From: Macrostomum hystrix
Taxonomy: Eukaryota > Animalia > Platyhelminthes
Reading direction: 5' to 3'
NCBI GenBank assembly: GCA_950097015.1
Contig: CATNEN010000039.1
Span: 9,858,001 to 9,922,000 of the forward strand
Length of the DNA stretch: 64,000 nt
A program made the position numbers and the translations under genes. Each line of letters begins with the position of its first letter. Position 1 is the stretch's first letter. The notes under the pieces are model-generated. The model worked only from the letters and a program-made list of their open reading frames with translations, made no database searches and was not told the origin of the DNA. Shown piece after piece: positions 11,774 through 24,593 of this stretch.

Positions 11774-14700
11774 AAGGGCATAATTACTGGAACACCAAAG
11801 CGGCTGCGGGATCTGATCCGGGAGATTAGGTCGGCGCGCACCGCAGCGGAGGAGAGAGCCGTTGTCAACAGGGAGTGCGCCCAAATAAGGGACAGCTTCA
11901 GAGAAGAGGACAATGCTTACCGGTCAGTTTAATAAGTTTAGTCTTACAAAATCCTTTAGATTCTGCTCCTAATCCCCCATCTCGCTGATCCTTCAGGCTC
12001 CGCTTCCACTCTCCCTGATCCTTCAGGCTCCGCTTCCACTCTCCCTGATCCTTCAGGCTCCGCTTCCACTCTCCCTGATCCTTCAGGCTCTGTTTCCACT
12101 CTCCCTGATCCTTCAGGCTCTGTTTCCACTCTCCCTGATCCTTCAGGCTCCGCTTCCACTCTCCCTGATCCTTCAGGCTCCGCTTCGACTCTCCCTGATC
12201 CTTCGGGCTCCGCTTCCACTCTGCCTGATCCTTCAGGCTCCGCTTCCACTCTCCTTGATCCTTCAGGCTCCGCTTCGACTCTCCCTGATCCTTCAGGCTC
12301 TGTTTCCACTCTCCCTGATCCTTCAGGCTCCGCTTCCACTCTCCTTGATCCTTCAGGCTCCGCTTCGACTCTCCCTGATCCTTCAGGCTCTGTTTCCACT
12401 CTCCCTGATCCTTCAGGCTCCGCTTCGACTCTCCCTGATCCTTCAGGCTCCGCTTCCACTCTCCCTGATCCTTCAGGCTCCGCTTCGACTCTCCCTGATC
12501 CTTCGGGCTCCGCTTCCACTCTCCCTGATCCTTCAGGCTCCGCTTCCACTCTCCCTGATCCTTCGGGCTCCGCTTCCACTCTCCCTGATCTTTCGGGCTC
12601 CGCTTCCACTCTGCCTGATCCTTCAGGCTCCGCTTCCACTCTCCCTGATCCTTCGGGCTCCGCTTCCACTCTGCCTGATCCTTCAGGCTTCGCTTCCACT
12701 CTGCCTGATCCTTCAGGCTCTGTTTTTACTCTCCCTAAACCTTCAGGCTCCGCTTCCACTCTCCCTGATCCTTCAGGCTCCGCTTCCACTCTCCCTGATC
12801 CTTCAGGCTCTGTTTCCACTCTCCCTGATCCTTCAGGCTCCGCTTCCACTCTCCCTGATCCTTCAGGCTCTGTTTCCACTCTCCCTGATCCTTCAGGCTC
12901 CGCTTCCACTCTCCATAATCCTTCAGGCTCCGCTTCCACTCTCCTTGATCCTTCAGGCTCCGCTTCCACTCTCCCTGATCATTCAGGCTCCGCTTCCACT
13001 CTCCATGATCCTTCAGGCTCCGCTTCCACTCTCCTTGATCCTTCAGGCTCCGCTTCCACTCTCCCTGATCCTTCAGGCTCCGCTTCCACTCTCCTTGATC
13101 CTTCAGGCTCCGCTTCCACTCTCCCTGATCATTCAGGCTCCGCTTCCACTCTCCTTGATCCTTCAGGCTCCGCTTCCACTCTCCCTGATCATTCAGGCTC
13201 CGCTTCCACTCTCCTTGATCCTTCAGGCTCCGCTTCCACTCTGCCTGATCCTTCAGGCTCCGCTTCCACTCTGCCTGATCCTTCAGGCTCCGCTTCCACT
13301 CTGCCTGATCCTTCAGGCTCCGCTTCCACTCTCCCTGATCCTTCAGGCTCCGCTTCCACTCTGCCTGATCCTTCAGGCTCTGTTTTTACTCTCCCTAAAC
13401 CTTCAGGCTCCGCTTCCACTCTCCCTGATCCTTCAGATTTCACTGCATCCTTAAGAATTTGTATCCGCTATGCCAGATCCTTCAGGTTCTGTTCACATTA
13501 TCCAAAATCCTTAGCTTCTGTTTCCAAATTCCCAAATCTTTTAGGTCTTTTGTCTCTGCATCCTTAAGTCTTTTGGGTTCTGCTGTCAACCTGTCATATC
13601 CAACAATTTCTATTTTTACTTGAAGCCCTCATTCTTTTGATAAGGAACATGCCCAGTAAAGCTAGTTGCCGCATCTGAAATGTCCCGTTTCGTCTCGCCT
13701 TGCAGATGCCGCAACGTGGCCAAGCTGCTGTACATCCACATGCTTGGCTATCCGGCCCACTTTGGCCAGATGGAGTGCCTGAAGCTTGTCGCCTCTACGA
13801 AATTCTCCGACAAGCGCATCGGCTACCTGGGCGCCATGCTACTGCTGGACGAGCGGGCCGAGGTGCACCTGCTGGTGACCAACTCGGTGAAGAACGACAT
13901 GAATCACAGCACGCAGTACATTGTTAGCCTGGCCCTGTCCACCCTGGGCAGCATCTGCAGCGCCGAGATGAGCCGCGACTTGGCCGGCGAAGTTGAAAAG
14001 CTCATCAAATCTAACAATGCCTACGTGAGAAAGAAGGCCGCACTGTGCGCACTGCGCATCATTCAGAAGATACCGGACCTCATGGAGATGTACATCCCCT
14101 GCGCCAGGTCACTGCTTAATGAGAAGAATCACGGTGCGTCCGATATGAGTATTACATTATCCCAGTATCTCATAATACCAATCCCTTAAAAGGTAATAAT
14201 ACTGCGGGCTGCGGGCAATGGCACATCATTTGGTGACACTAGACACGCAGCCAGCGTGGAGGCAATTCTGCCCATTTCGCTGACTCCTGAGCACACATTA
14301 TGTACTCAGTATTTTGTACTCAGGCACACGCTTACACAGGTGTGTACATCTGCCCTGACTTTCTCATCGTCAGACAGTATACACTCTCAGTGTGCATCGG
14401 AGGTTGCCCCCTTAAATGCGTAATTGCACGACAAGCCACCAAAGCCTTCTGTCCGCGGCTGTACCCCAAATTACTATGGCCTCGCTGCGGAATCGAGCTC
14501 AGGGACCTTGGTACCAGAAGCAAACGCTTTAGACCAGGGGTCGACAAACTTATTTGCTAGCGGGCCAAAGAGAAAACTTAAAAGATTATAGCAGGCCGCA
14601 TGGACTGTAGAAATATGAGATTAGGTAGAGACAAGACACGGGAGAGACGAAACACGAGAGAGACGAGAAACGGTAGAGACGAGACACGGGAGAGTCGAGA

Positions 14701-17700
14701 CACGGTAGAGACGAGACACGGGAGAGACGAGACACGGGAGAGACGATACACAGGGAGAGTCGAGACACGGGAGATTCGAGACACGGGAGAGTCGAGACAC
14801 GGGGGAGACGAGACACGGGAGAGTCGAGACACGGGGGAGACGAGACACGGCTGAGATAAGGCACGGGAGAGACGAGACACGGGAGAGACGAGACACGGGA
14901 GAGTCGAGACACGGGAGAGATGAGGCACGGGAGAGATGAGGCACGGGAGAGTCGAGACACGGGAGAGATGAAACATAATACTGTAGGTGTCGGAAGGGGC
15001 AACGGGCCCGATTTGGGAGCTCCGCGGGCCGGATTTTTCCGACTCCTGCTTTAGACCGCTCTGCCACTCACCCCATCGCAATCCCAACACTGCGATCGTA
15101 ATAGATAAATAGAAAATTACTAATCTAACCCAGCTGGGTCACACGTTCAGCCGCAACTGTTGCGCAGCGATTTTAAAGACTGTACAGCTTTTCAGTCCAT
15201 GGACTGTAGAGGCCTGCTCATCCGCCTGAATTTCATCCGCCGGAGCTAATTTCGCATTATCCTGCAATATCCTTAAGTTATTCTAACCCAAAACCTAATG
15301 TCTTATTATCGTCACCAACCAATCTTCCGAATTTAACTCTGGAAATGATTTTACTAATCTTTATTCAATTTTCATATCTCCAAATTTTGCAGGTGTTCTG
15401 CTCACAGCAGTCTGCCTAATATCTCAGATGTGCCAGCTCAGTTTGGACACGCTTAACCATTTCAGACGGGTGAGTTTTGATTATTCTCTAGTATCGATTC
15501 GTATTAACATACCTAGTTTAGATAAAGCCTTTCACCCTGTCATTTTGGTTCAGAATTTTCAAGTACATATTTTAGATTTCGCATTTCAAATTCAAATACA
15601 TGCTATATACCATTTTAAAATACAAAATTGTGTTATTTAAGAACGGATCCGACGAGGTGAGCAACTAACAATTGACTATTTTTATCAGGTCTCGGTTTAG
15701 AGCTAAAACGAAAAAAACTGTTTTACCTCTTTCTGTCTTGTCTGGCTTTGTCAAATTCCCAGAATAGAGTACATTGCATTGTAAAAACTCTTAATATCGT
15801 TTAACTAGATGTACATCAAGTGGAATCTCCCCACTTCCTCCAATGTACATAGTTCCCTTTCCTTTCCCATAGTTCACTCTCCCCACTCCGTTCAATGTAC
15901 ATCGCTTTTTCAACCCCCTACTCCCTCAAATGTACATCATTTTTAACCTCCTCCCTCCCTCCAATGTACACCATTTCTTCAGCCTCCACTCCGTCCAATC
16001 TACATAATTTTCTTCAACCCTCACTCCTTTAGATGTACATGATTTTCTTCAACCCCCTCACTCCGTTCAATGTACATCATTCTCTTTAACCTCCCCACTC
16101 CCGCCAATGTACAATTTTTAACCTCCTCAGTACATCCAATGTACATAATTTTCTTCAACCCCTCACTCCACACAATATATCATTATCTTTAAGCTCTCCT
16201 CTCCCTCCAATGTACGATAATTTGCACTGTCTGCTGTTGAGGTGGTGGTCCCTTATTCCACTGGTAATTTCTGTTGCACCGGAATCAAATTGCTAATTCT
16301 CTAGCGCACAAAATTCAATGTTTCCATGAAATCAAACAACTGAAAGTAGAGTGATTCTTGCAACAAATGTGTGTTTAATGGTACATTTTGCGAGTCTCTC
16401 AAAACAGACCCTCCCACGCCTTCCCCAGCTGGTGCCAAATCTGGTCCGCATCCTGAAGAATCTCATTATGTCCGGCTTCTCCCAGGATCACGACGTCAAC
16501 GGTGTCAGCGATCCATTCTTGCAAGTGAAAATATTGCAGTTGTTGCGCATTCTGGGTCATCAGGACGCCGCGGCTAGCGAGCAGATGAACGACATTCTAG
16601 CCCAGGTCTGTTGCTGTTCTATTAGTCTGCTTATTAGATGACGAAGCATTCCTTGCTTAAATGAAAGACTTAGCTACTTTCGCCGGTTACTCGTTTTCTA
16701 CTTTATTTTATTCCAAAATTGTCCAGGTGGCCACCAACACAGAGACGTCAAAAAATGTTGGCCACGCAATCCTGTACGAGATTGTGCTCACTATTATGGG
16801 CATAGAGTCTGAGTCTGGACTAAGGGTAAGCATTGCACTTTCAGAAACAATATATTCAGTTAGTCTTTTCTCTCTTTTATAAATATATCCCAGCTCCCAT
16901 TGTACTGCAGTCTTCCACATTCCATTGCACTACAGTCTCCCAGATCCCAGATCCCATTGTAATGCAGTCTCCCAGATCCCATTGTAATGCAGTCTGCCAG
17001 ATCCCATTGTACTGCAGTCTGCCAAAACCCATTTTACTGCAGTCTCAAAGATCCCATTGTAATGCTGTCTCCCAGATCCCATTGTAATGCAGTCTCCCAG
17101 ATCCCATTTTACTGCAGTCTCAAAGATCCCATTGTACTGCAGTCTGCCAGATCCCATTTTACTGCAGTCTACCAGCTCCCATTGTACTTCTGCCTCCCAG
17201 CTCCCATTGTAGTACAGTCTGCCAGATCCCATTGTACGCAGTCTCCCAGCTCCCATTGTAATGCAGTCTTCCAGATCCCAAAGTAGCAGCGTATGAATGT
17301 TATGCAGAATAATCCCCAGGCCCTATATACTTGGTAGGTGTTGGCGGTGAACATTCTCGGCCGGTTCCTGCTCAACACTGACAAGAACATTCGGTACGTG
17401 GCTCTGAGCACACTGCAGCGCGTTGTCCACGCCGACTACAATGCTGTACAGCGGCATCGGACTACCATTGTTGATTGCCTCCGGGACAACGATGTCAGCA
17501 TCAAGCGGCGAGCCATGGAGCTCTGCTTCGCCCTAGTCAATGGTCAGAATGTTCGCGGCATGGCCAAGGAGATGCTAACATTCTTAGCCGATTGCGGCCC
17601 GGAATTCAAAGCCGACTGTTGCTCCAATTTGGCCATCGCCGCTGAAAGATTCGCGCCTAATAAACGTTGGCACGTAGACACTCTGCTGAAACTGCTGGCC

Positions 17701-19875
17701 GCTGCTGGCAATCACGCCAGGTATGTTACTCATAATTGGTGAAATCCGTTGATTCGCCTACTGTTAGTAGCTTGAAAGTTTTTTATCTTCATTTTTAACT
17801 CACAGAGACGATGTGGTTGTGTCAGCCGTGCAGCTAATCAGCGAACAGTCGGCTTATCAGGCCTACGCAGTACACCAGCTGTTCGACTACGCCAGGCAGG
17901 ACTTCAGCCAGCAACCCATGGTACTGCTGGCCTGCTGGTGCATTGGCGAATACGGGGCCAGCCTGTTTACTGACTGCTGCGCCGACGGACTGGAGACATA
18001 CGCGGTGAGTGACGGACAGGCTGGAAAACTCACTGACAACAGGCCAGTTTAGGGAAAGGCAGATTAACTCTGAGAGACTGATAGGCTGACAGACTGACTG
18101 ACAGGCCAACAGGCTGACAGACAAGCCAACAGACTGACAGACAGGCCAACAGACAGACTGACAGACATGCTGTAGACACTGAGAGACAGGCAAACAAACT
18201 CACTGACAGACAGGACAACAGACTGACCGACAGACAGGCCAGTAGACACTGACAGACAGGCCAGTAGACACACACTGATAGACAGGCCAGTAGACACACA
18301 CTGACAGACAGGCCAGTAGACACACACTGATAGATAGGCCAGTAGACACACACTGACAGACAGCGATTAGACACACACTGACAGACAGGCCAGTAGACAC
18401 ACAACTGATAGACAGGCCAGTAGACACACACTGACAGACAGGCCAGTAGACACACACTGATAGACAGGCCAGTAGACACACACTGATAGGCAGGCCAGTA
18501 GACACACACTGATAGACAGGCCAGTAGACACACACTGATAGACAGGCCAGTAGACACACACTGATAGGCAGGCCAGTAGACACACACTGATAGACAGGCC
18601 AGTAGACACTGACAGACTGACTAGATTACAACTCTCCACCACCCACCTGTCCAAACGCAGGCGAAATCACCCGAGGAGGTTCTAGCTCTGCTTGAGCAGG
18701 CTTTGCTGAGCTCACAGTCTCGCCTAGCAACTAAGCAGGTGGCTATCACAGCCGTGATGAAGCTGTCAGCCCGGCTGCCGCGCCAAGACCAGCAGCTACT
18801 GGACAGTATTCGCCACCTAGCCGCTTATCACTGCACCAGCTCTCAGCTGGAGCTGCAGCAGAGATCCGTCGAGTTTAGCGCCATTTTCAGGCGCCACGAA
18901 AACATTCGCGCCGCCCTGCTGGAGCCAATGCCGGTGATGGAGGGCCGCGCCGAGAGCGGGCGTGACCTGCTGGCGCCTGCTGCTAGTTTAGCTGCTTCGG
19001 CTGGCGACTACTCGACAACCGAAACCGCCGCCGGCGTCGGCGATGATGAAGCGGCAGCCGCTGCTGTCACTTTCCAATCACTAATCAACTTCGATGATGG
19101 CTCAGCTGCAAATCCTAGCCATCCTACTCACAGTAGCAGTAGCGGCATTGTCACAGCTTTGTCTCAGAACAATAGCAATGGTGCCGGCGCTCTCGTTGAC
19201 GTCTTCTCCGAGCTAGGCGTATCAGCAGAGCCGGCCGCCGGTCAGCTGCCCGAGCTGCCGCCCATTGTCTCGGCTGGAATCGCCGGACTGCGGCTCAACA
19301 TTAGCGGCTGTCGGCAGGCTAAGCCAGCTGCAGATGCCAGTCGGTCTGTCGAATTGAGCATTCGTGCCTTAAACTATGGCGACTCCAGCCTGACCAACTT
19401 TTTGCTTCAAGTTGCTGTGCCCAAGTCTCTGCAGCTGTCCATGATGCCCGCCAGCGGCGACTCGCTGCCGTCTGGCGGTGCTGGCGTCACACAGCGAGCC
19501 ATCGTCAACAACCCCACTGGGGTGAGTCCTGCTCCGTCCCATTTCTTTGTCTAAATTCTCCCATCCTTTGTAATCCCGTTTCCCTTGCCTCATTTTCTCC
19601 CATCTTCTGTTGTCTCATCTCTTTTGACCGAATTCTCCCATCCTTTGTATCTCCTTTGTCCTAGTTCTTCTAGATTCTGTTATCCCATCAGCATGGTTTT
19701 ATTCCTTTCGTCATATTTTTCCCACTCACCAACTGCGCCCCAAGCCAACGGCCCTCGCTGTGTACATTCTCAGGCCCAGCTGAAACTGCGGGTTCGCATC
19801 AGCTGCCATTGTGCTGGATCACCGGTCTCTGACGTCATCGATGTGGCCAACTTCCCGGCAGCCTACTGGCAGTGA
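11774..19875 (+). CDS. AP1G1: AP-1 complex subunit gamma (gamma-adaptin), 9 coding exons, no genomic ATG identified
   Basis: Exons 11774-11922, 13706-14133, 15393-15469, 16429-16605, 16727-16825, 17338-17720, 17806-18004, 18661-19521, 19774-19875, all GT-AG and phase-consistent. Motifs [61 protein letters not shown], and ear domain [13 protein letters not shown]. Confidence 0.95.
11985..13436. repeat. 30-bp minisatellite in the first AP1G1 intron (about 48 units)
   Basis: Unit ctgatccttcaggctccgcttccactctcc. Confidence 0.95.
14194..15074 (-). mobile_element. tRNA-derived SINE (family A), interrupted by a hAT MITE
   Basis: Body matches the copies at 26803, 31276, 46736 and 62679. The head continues after the insertion (cgctctgccactcacccc, 15057-15074). 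Confidence 0.85.
14535..15048. mobile_element. hAT (Buster/Charlie-like) MITE carrying an internal 15/16-bp minisatellite
   Basis: TIRs CAGGGGTCGACAAA / TTTTCCGACTCCTG. 8-bp TSD CTTTAGAC at 14527-14534 and 15049-15056. Internal (gggagagtcgagacac)n at about 14625-14970. Confidence 0.9.
15805..16215. repeat. Degenerate intronic tandem repeat
   Basis: Recurring aatgtacatc..ttttcaaccccctcactcc units of roughly 35-40 bp. Confidence 0.7.
16889..17280. repeat. About 23-bp intronic minisatellite
   Basis: Unit ccagatcccattgtactgcagtct. Confidence 0.9.
18075..18620. repeat. About 26-bp intronic minisatellite
   Basis: Unit gacaggccagtagacacacactgata. Confidence 0.9.
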
Positions 19876-21181
19876 TTGCTCTTCTTACTTTACTCCCGAT
19901 CTATTCCAGATTTTTAGATTGATTCTTTGAAAACAAATCTTTCATGAAATTGTCTGTTGACATTTTTTGAAGTCTTGATTCTACTAATCGTATGGAGACT
20001 ATGTTTTATTTGTGTCTTAGTTTCCAATTAACGTTACCACGTCTTCTGTTCGCTCGTGTTTTAATAATTATATTAGGCCTGCTATTATTTGTTGTTACTT
20101 TATTTATTGTAACGAATTTCTGTTTAGATAAATTGTCATTTGATTATCAGTTATACTAAAAGTACATTAGTGGCTGATGATCTTTTCAAATCCATAAATG
20201 ATTTTATTCGGGTTAATTGTGCTTTTTACTATATCTACGCTCGTATTTGTATTCGTTGGTGATTGATTAGTTGAACAGCTGTTTGTGTGTCCATATTGGC
20301 ATTATCTTATTTGCTTTTTTCAGTTATTTTTATTATTGAATTATTTGTTTTCAGCTAATGTTAGCAGTCAGGTTGGCCTAAAAGACAGCTGCACTCAGTC
20401 ATGCTATTGACTTAAGTAGGATTAGACGGCAATCAATAAAAAATATACATGGGGCTGTAAACAAAATAATTAGTTTCTTAATATTTATTATTATTTAAGC
20501 AAAACTTATTCTGCAAATTTCGAGAAAAAATGAAAAAACTAACAACACTTAATTAGGACCTTAACTAACATTAACAGCTGATCGTAGTACATTTTGTTTG
20601 TCTAATCTTACTTAAAGTAGTATCACGTGGCTAATTCAGAGTTTGATGCAAAGTGCGAGGGGGAAAATATGAAAATAAACAGTAAATAATAATTTTAATT
20701 TTTAGATCTTAGCTGACATAAATAGCTGATCGTGGTACATTTTGGTTGTCTAATCTTACTTTAAGTAGTATCAGGTGGCTGATTAAACGCATTCCTTCGT
20801 GGAGGGTTAGACAATCTTCTAGCTAATGCAGTGCTAGTATTTGCAATTAAGCAAACGTGCTGCTTGCACAAAATTTACTTTCTATTTTTGCAAATCTGAC
20901 GAACTAACTAGCTTTATTGTTTTTTTGTTTATAATGCCACTTTTTACATTCACTGCAACTGCGCGCGTTTTCCATTGTGGTCGCCTCGATCTTTTCGTTA
21001 TTGTTTATATTGCGGTTAAGCAATTTGTTTTCTCTTCGCCATGATAAAATTCCATTTTCATGAATTTATTTTCATTTTTTCTCATTATTTGTGCAGGCTT
21101 TATAGTCAGATTTTGTTATAAAATTACTAAAAAATTAGCAATTAATCTGTAGCTTTAATTTGCCTAGTTAGCGACGTTGCA

Positions 21182-23300
21182 CCATTTCCCTCTTGTCTCT
21201 AAACACCTCAGCTGCCATCTCCCTCTTGTCTTTAAACACCTCAGCTGCCATCTCCCTCTTGTCTTTAAACACCCAACTGCCATTTCCCTCTTGTCTCTAA
21301 ACACCTCAACTGCCATTTCCCTCATGTCTCTAAACACCTCAGCTGCCATTTCCCTCTTGTCTCTAAACACCTCAACTGCCATTTCCCTCATGTCTCTAAA
21401 CACCTCAGCTGCCATTTCCCTCTTGTCTCTAAACACCTCAGCTGCCATTTCCCTCTTGTCTCTAAATACATCAGCTGCCATTTCCCTCTTGTCTCTAAAC
21501 ACCTCAGCTGCCATTTCCCTCTTGTCTCTAAACACCTCAACTGCCATCTCCCTCTTGTCTCTAAACACCTCAGCTGCCATCTCCCTCTTGTCTCTAAACA
21601 CCTCAGCTGCCATTTCCCTCTTGTCTCTAAACACCTCAACTGCCATTTCCCTCTTGTCTCTAAACACCTCAGCTGCCATTTCCCTCTTGTCTCTAAACAC
21701 CTCAGATGCCATTTCCCTCTTGTCTCTAAACACCTCAGCTGCCATTTCCCTCTTGTCTCTAAACACCTCAGCTGCCATTTCCCTCTTGTCTCTAAACACC
21801 TCAGCTGCCATTTCCCTCTTGTCTCTAAACACCTCAACTGCCATTTCCCTCTTGTCTCTAAACACCTCAGCTGCCATTTCCCTCTTGTCTCTAAACACCT
21901 CAACTGCCATTTCCCTTTTGTCTCTAAATACCTCAGCTGCCATTTCCCTCTTGTCTCTAAACACCTCAACTGCCATTTCCCTCTTGTCTCTAAACACCTC
22001 AACTGCCATTTCCCTCTTGTCTCTAAACACCTCAGCTGCCATTTCCCTCTTGTCTCTAAACACCTCAGCTGCCATTTCCCTCTTGTCTCTAAACACCTCA
22101 GCTGCCATTTCCCTCTTGTCTCTAAACACCTCAACTGCCATTTCCCTCTTGTCTCTAAACACCTCAGCTGCCATTTCCCTCTTGTCTCTAAACACCTCAG
22201 CTGCCATTTCCCTCTTGACTCTAAACACCTCAACTGCCATTTCCCTCTTGTCTCTAAACACCTCAGCTGCCATTTCCCTCTTGTCTCTAAACACCTCAGC
22301 TGCCATTTCCCTCTTGTCTCTAAACACCTCAGCTGCCATTTCCCTCTTGTCTCTAAACACCTCAACTGCCATTTCCCTCTTGTCTCTAAACACCTCAGCT
22401 GCCATTTCCCTCTTGTCTCTAAACACCTCAGCTGCCATTTCCCTCTTGTCTCTAAACACCTCAACTGCCATTTCCCTCTTGTCTCTAAACACCTCAGCTG
22501 CCATTTCCCTCTTGTCTCTAAACACCTCAGCTGCCATTTCCCTCTTGTCTCTAAACACCTCAACTGCCATTTCCCTCTTGTCTCTAAACACCTCAGCTGC
22601 CATTTCCCTCTTGTCTCTAAACACCTCAGCTGCCATTTCCCTCTTGTCTCTAAACACCTCAACTGCCATTTCCCTCTTGTCTCTAAACACCTCAGCTGCC
22701 ATTTCCCTCTTGTCTCTAAACACCTCAGCTGCCATTTCCCTCTTGTCTCTAAACACCTCAGCTGCCATTTCCCTCTTGTCTCTAAACACCTCAGCTGCCA
22801 TTTCCCTCTTGTCTCTAAACACCTCAACTGCCATTTCCCTCTTGTCTCTAAACACCTCAGCTGCCATTTCCCTCTTGTCTCTAAACACCTCAACTGCCAT
22901 TTCCCTCTTGTCTCTAAACACCTCAGCTGCCATTTCCCTCTTGTCTCTAAACACCTCAGCTGCCATTTCCCTCTTGTCTCTAAACACCTCAACTGCCATT
23001 TCCCTCTTGTCTCTAAACACCTCAGCTGCCATTTCCCTCTTGTCTCTAAACACCTCAGCTGCCATTTCCCTCTTGTCTCTAAACACCTCAGCTGCCATTT
23101 CCCTCTTGTCTCTAAACACCTCAGCTGCCATTTCCCTCTTGTCTCTAAACACCTCAACTGCCATTTCCCTCTTGTCTCTAAACACCTCAGCTGCCATTTC
23201 CCTCTTGTCTCTAAACACCTCAGCTGCCATTTCCCTCTTGTCTCTAAACACCTCAACTGCCATTTCCCTCTTGTCTCTAAACACATCAGCTGCCATCTTC
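21182..23300. repeat. 33-bp intergenic minisatellite (about 64 units)
   Basis: Unit ctgccatttccctcttgtctctaaacacctca(g/a). Confidence 0.97.
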
Positions 23301-23729
23301 CCTGGTTCCTCAGCACGTCCCTCATGCGCACCATCGACATCTGGTATGCTTCATATATATACTCCGTAAAGCTGCATTATTTAAGTCGTATATTAAAATA
23401 TATTTAACGCCCGGCAACAACTGTCGGGCCGCCGGCCAAGTGTTGTTTTAGTATTTTGTCTGTTTTGTCAAAAATGCTACTTGGAAATTTGTTTTCGGAC
23501 AAAAAATACGTAGGTGGCTAGTAACTATTATTAGTGAGTTAGGTTTCGCCTAAATTATGTAAATATAATACTTTACTATATAAATCGATTATGATAAACT
23601 AAGTTTTTATTACTTATCCCGTCATGAGACTTCTTGACCTAGTTTCTCGGGGTCTGTCTGCAGTGTCTACCACTTTCTCGACTCACCTGTCCACTAGTAC
23701 TAATATACTAGTACTTTCCCTCTACTTAT

Positions 23730-24450
23730 GTCTCAGGGTCTGTCCATTAGTGTCTCAGGGTCTGTCCACTAGTGTCTTAGAGTCTGTCTATTAGTGTCTT
23801 AGGGTCTGTCTATTAGTGTCTCAGGGTCTGTCCACTAGTGTCTTAGAGTCTGTCCATTAGTGTCTCAGGGTCTGTCCACTAGTGTCTTAGAGTCTGTCTA
23901 TTAGTGTCTTAGGGCCTGTCCATTAGTGTCTCAGGGTCTGTCCACTATTTTCTCAGGGTCTGTCCACTAGTTTCTCAGGGCCTGTCCATTAGTATCTTAG
24001 GGCCTGTCCATCAGTATCTCAGGGTCTGTCCACTAGTGTCTCAGGGTCTGTCCACTAGTGTTTCAGGGTCTGTCCACTAGTGTCTTTGAGTCTGTCTATT
24101 AGTCTCTTAGAGTCTGTCTATTAATGTCTTAGGGTCTGTCCACTAGTTTCTCAGGGTCTGTCCACTAGTGTTTCAGGGTCTGTCCACTAGTGTCTTAGAG
24201 TCTGTCTATTAGTGTCTTAGGGTCTGTCCATTAGTGTCTTAGGGCCTGTCCATTTAGTGTCTCAGGGTCTGTCCACTAGTGTCTCAGTGTCTGTCCACTA
24301 GTGTCTCAGGGTCTGTCCACTAGTATCTCAGGGTCTGTCCATTAGTGTCTCAGAGTCTGTCCACTAGTGTCTTAGAGTCTGTCTATTAGCGTCTTTGGGC
24401 CTGTCCATCAGTGTCTTAGGACCTGTCCATCAGTGTCTCAGGTCTGTCAA
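23730..24450. repeat. 21-bp minisatellite
   Basis: Unit agggtctgtccactagtgtctc. Confidence 0.9.
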
Positions 24451-24593
24451 TTAGTATCTCTGGGTCTTATAACCGGTGTCTCGACAGTCTGTCTAATTAT
24501 TGGTTTGAAAATTGATTTAACCGCTTGCTATTGCAGTTTAGCGCCGACTAGTCATCCAATAACACCGAGACGACGAGCTGAACCGAAGCAGCC

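Noticed and set aside
21164-23369. 650-730 aa ORFs in several frames (similar cases at 11956-13454, 56934-58157, 58852-59935, 61172-62036, 40031-40413)
   Set aside because: Artefacts of stop-free tandem repeats with unit lengths divisible by 3, open on both strands and lying in introns or intergenic DNA.
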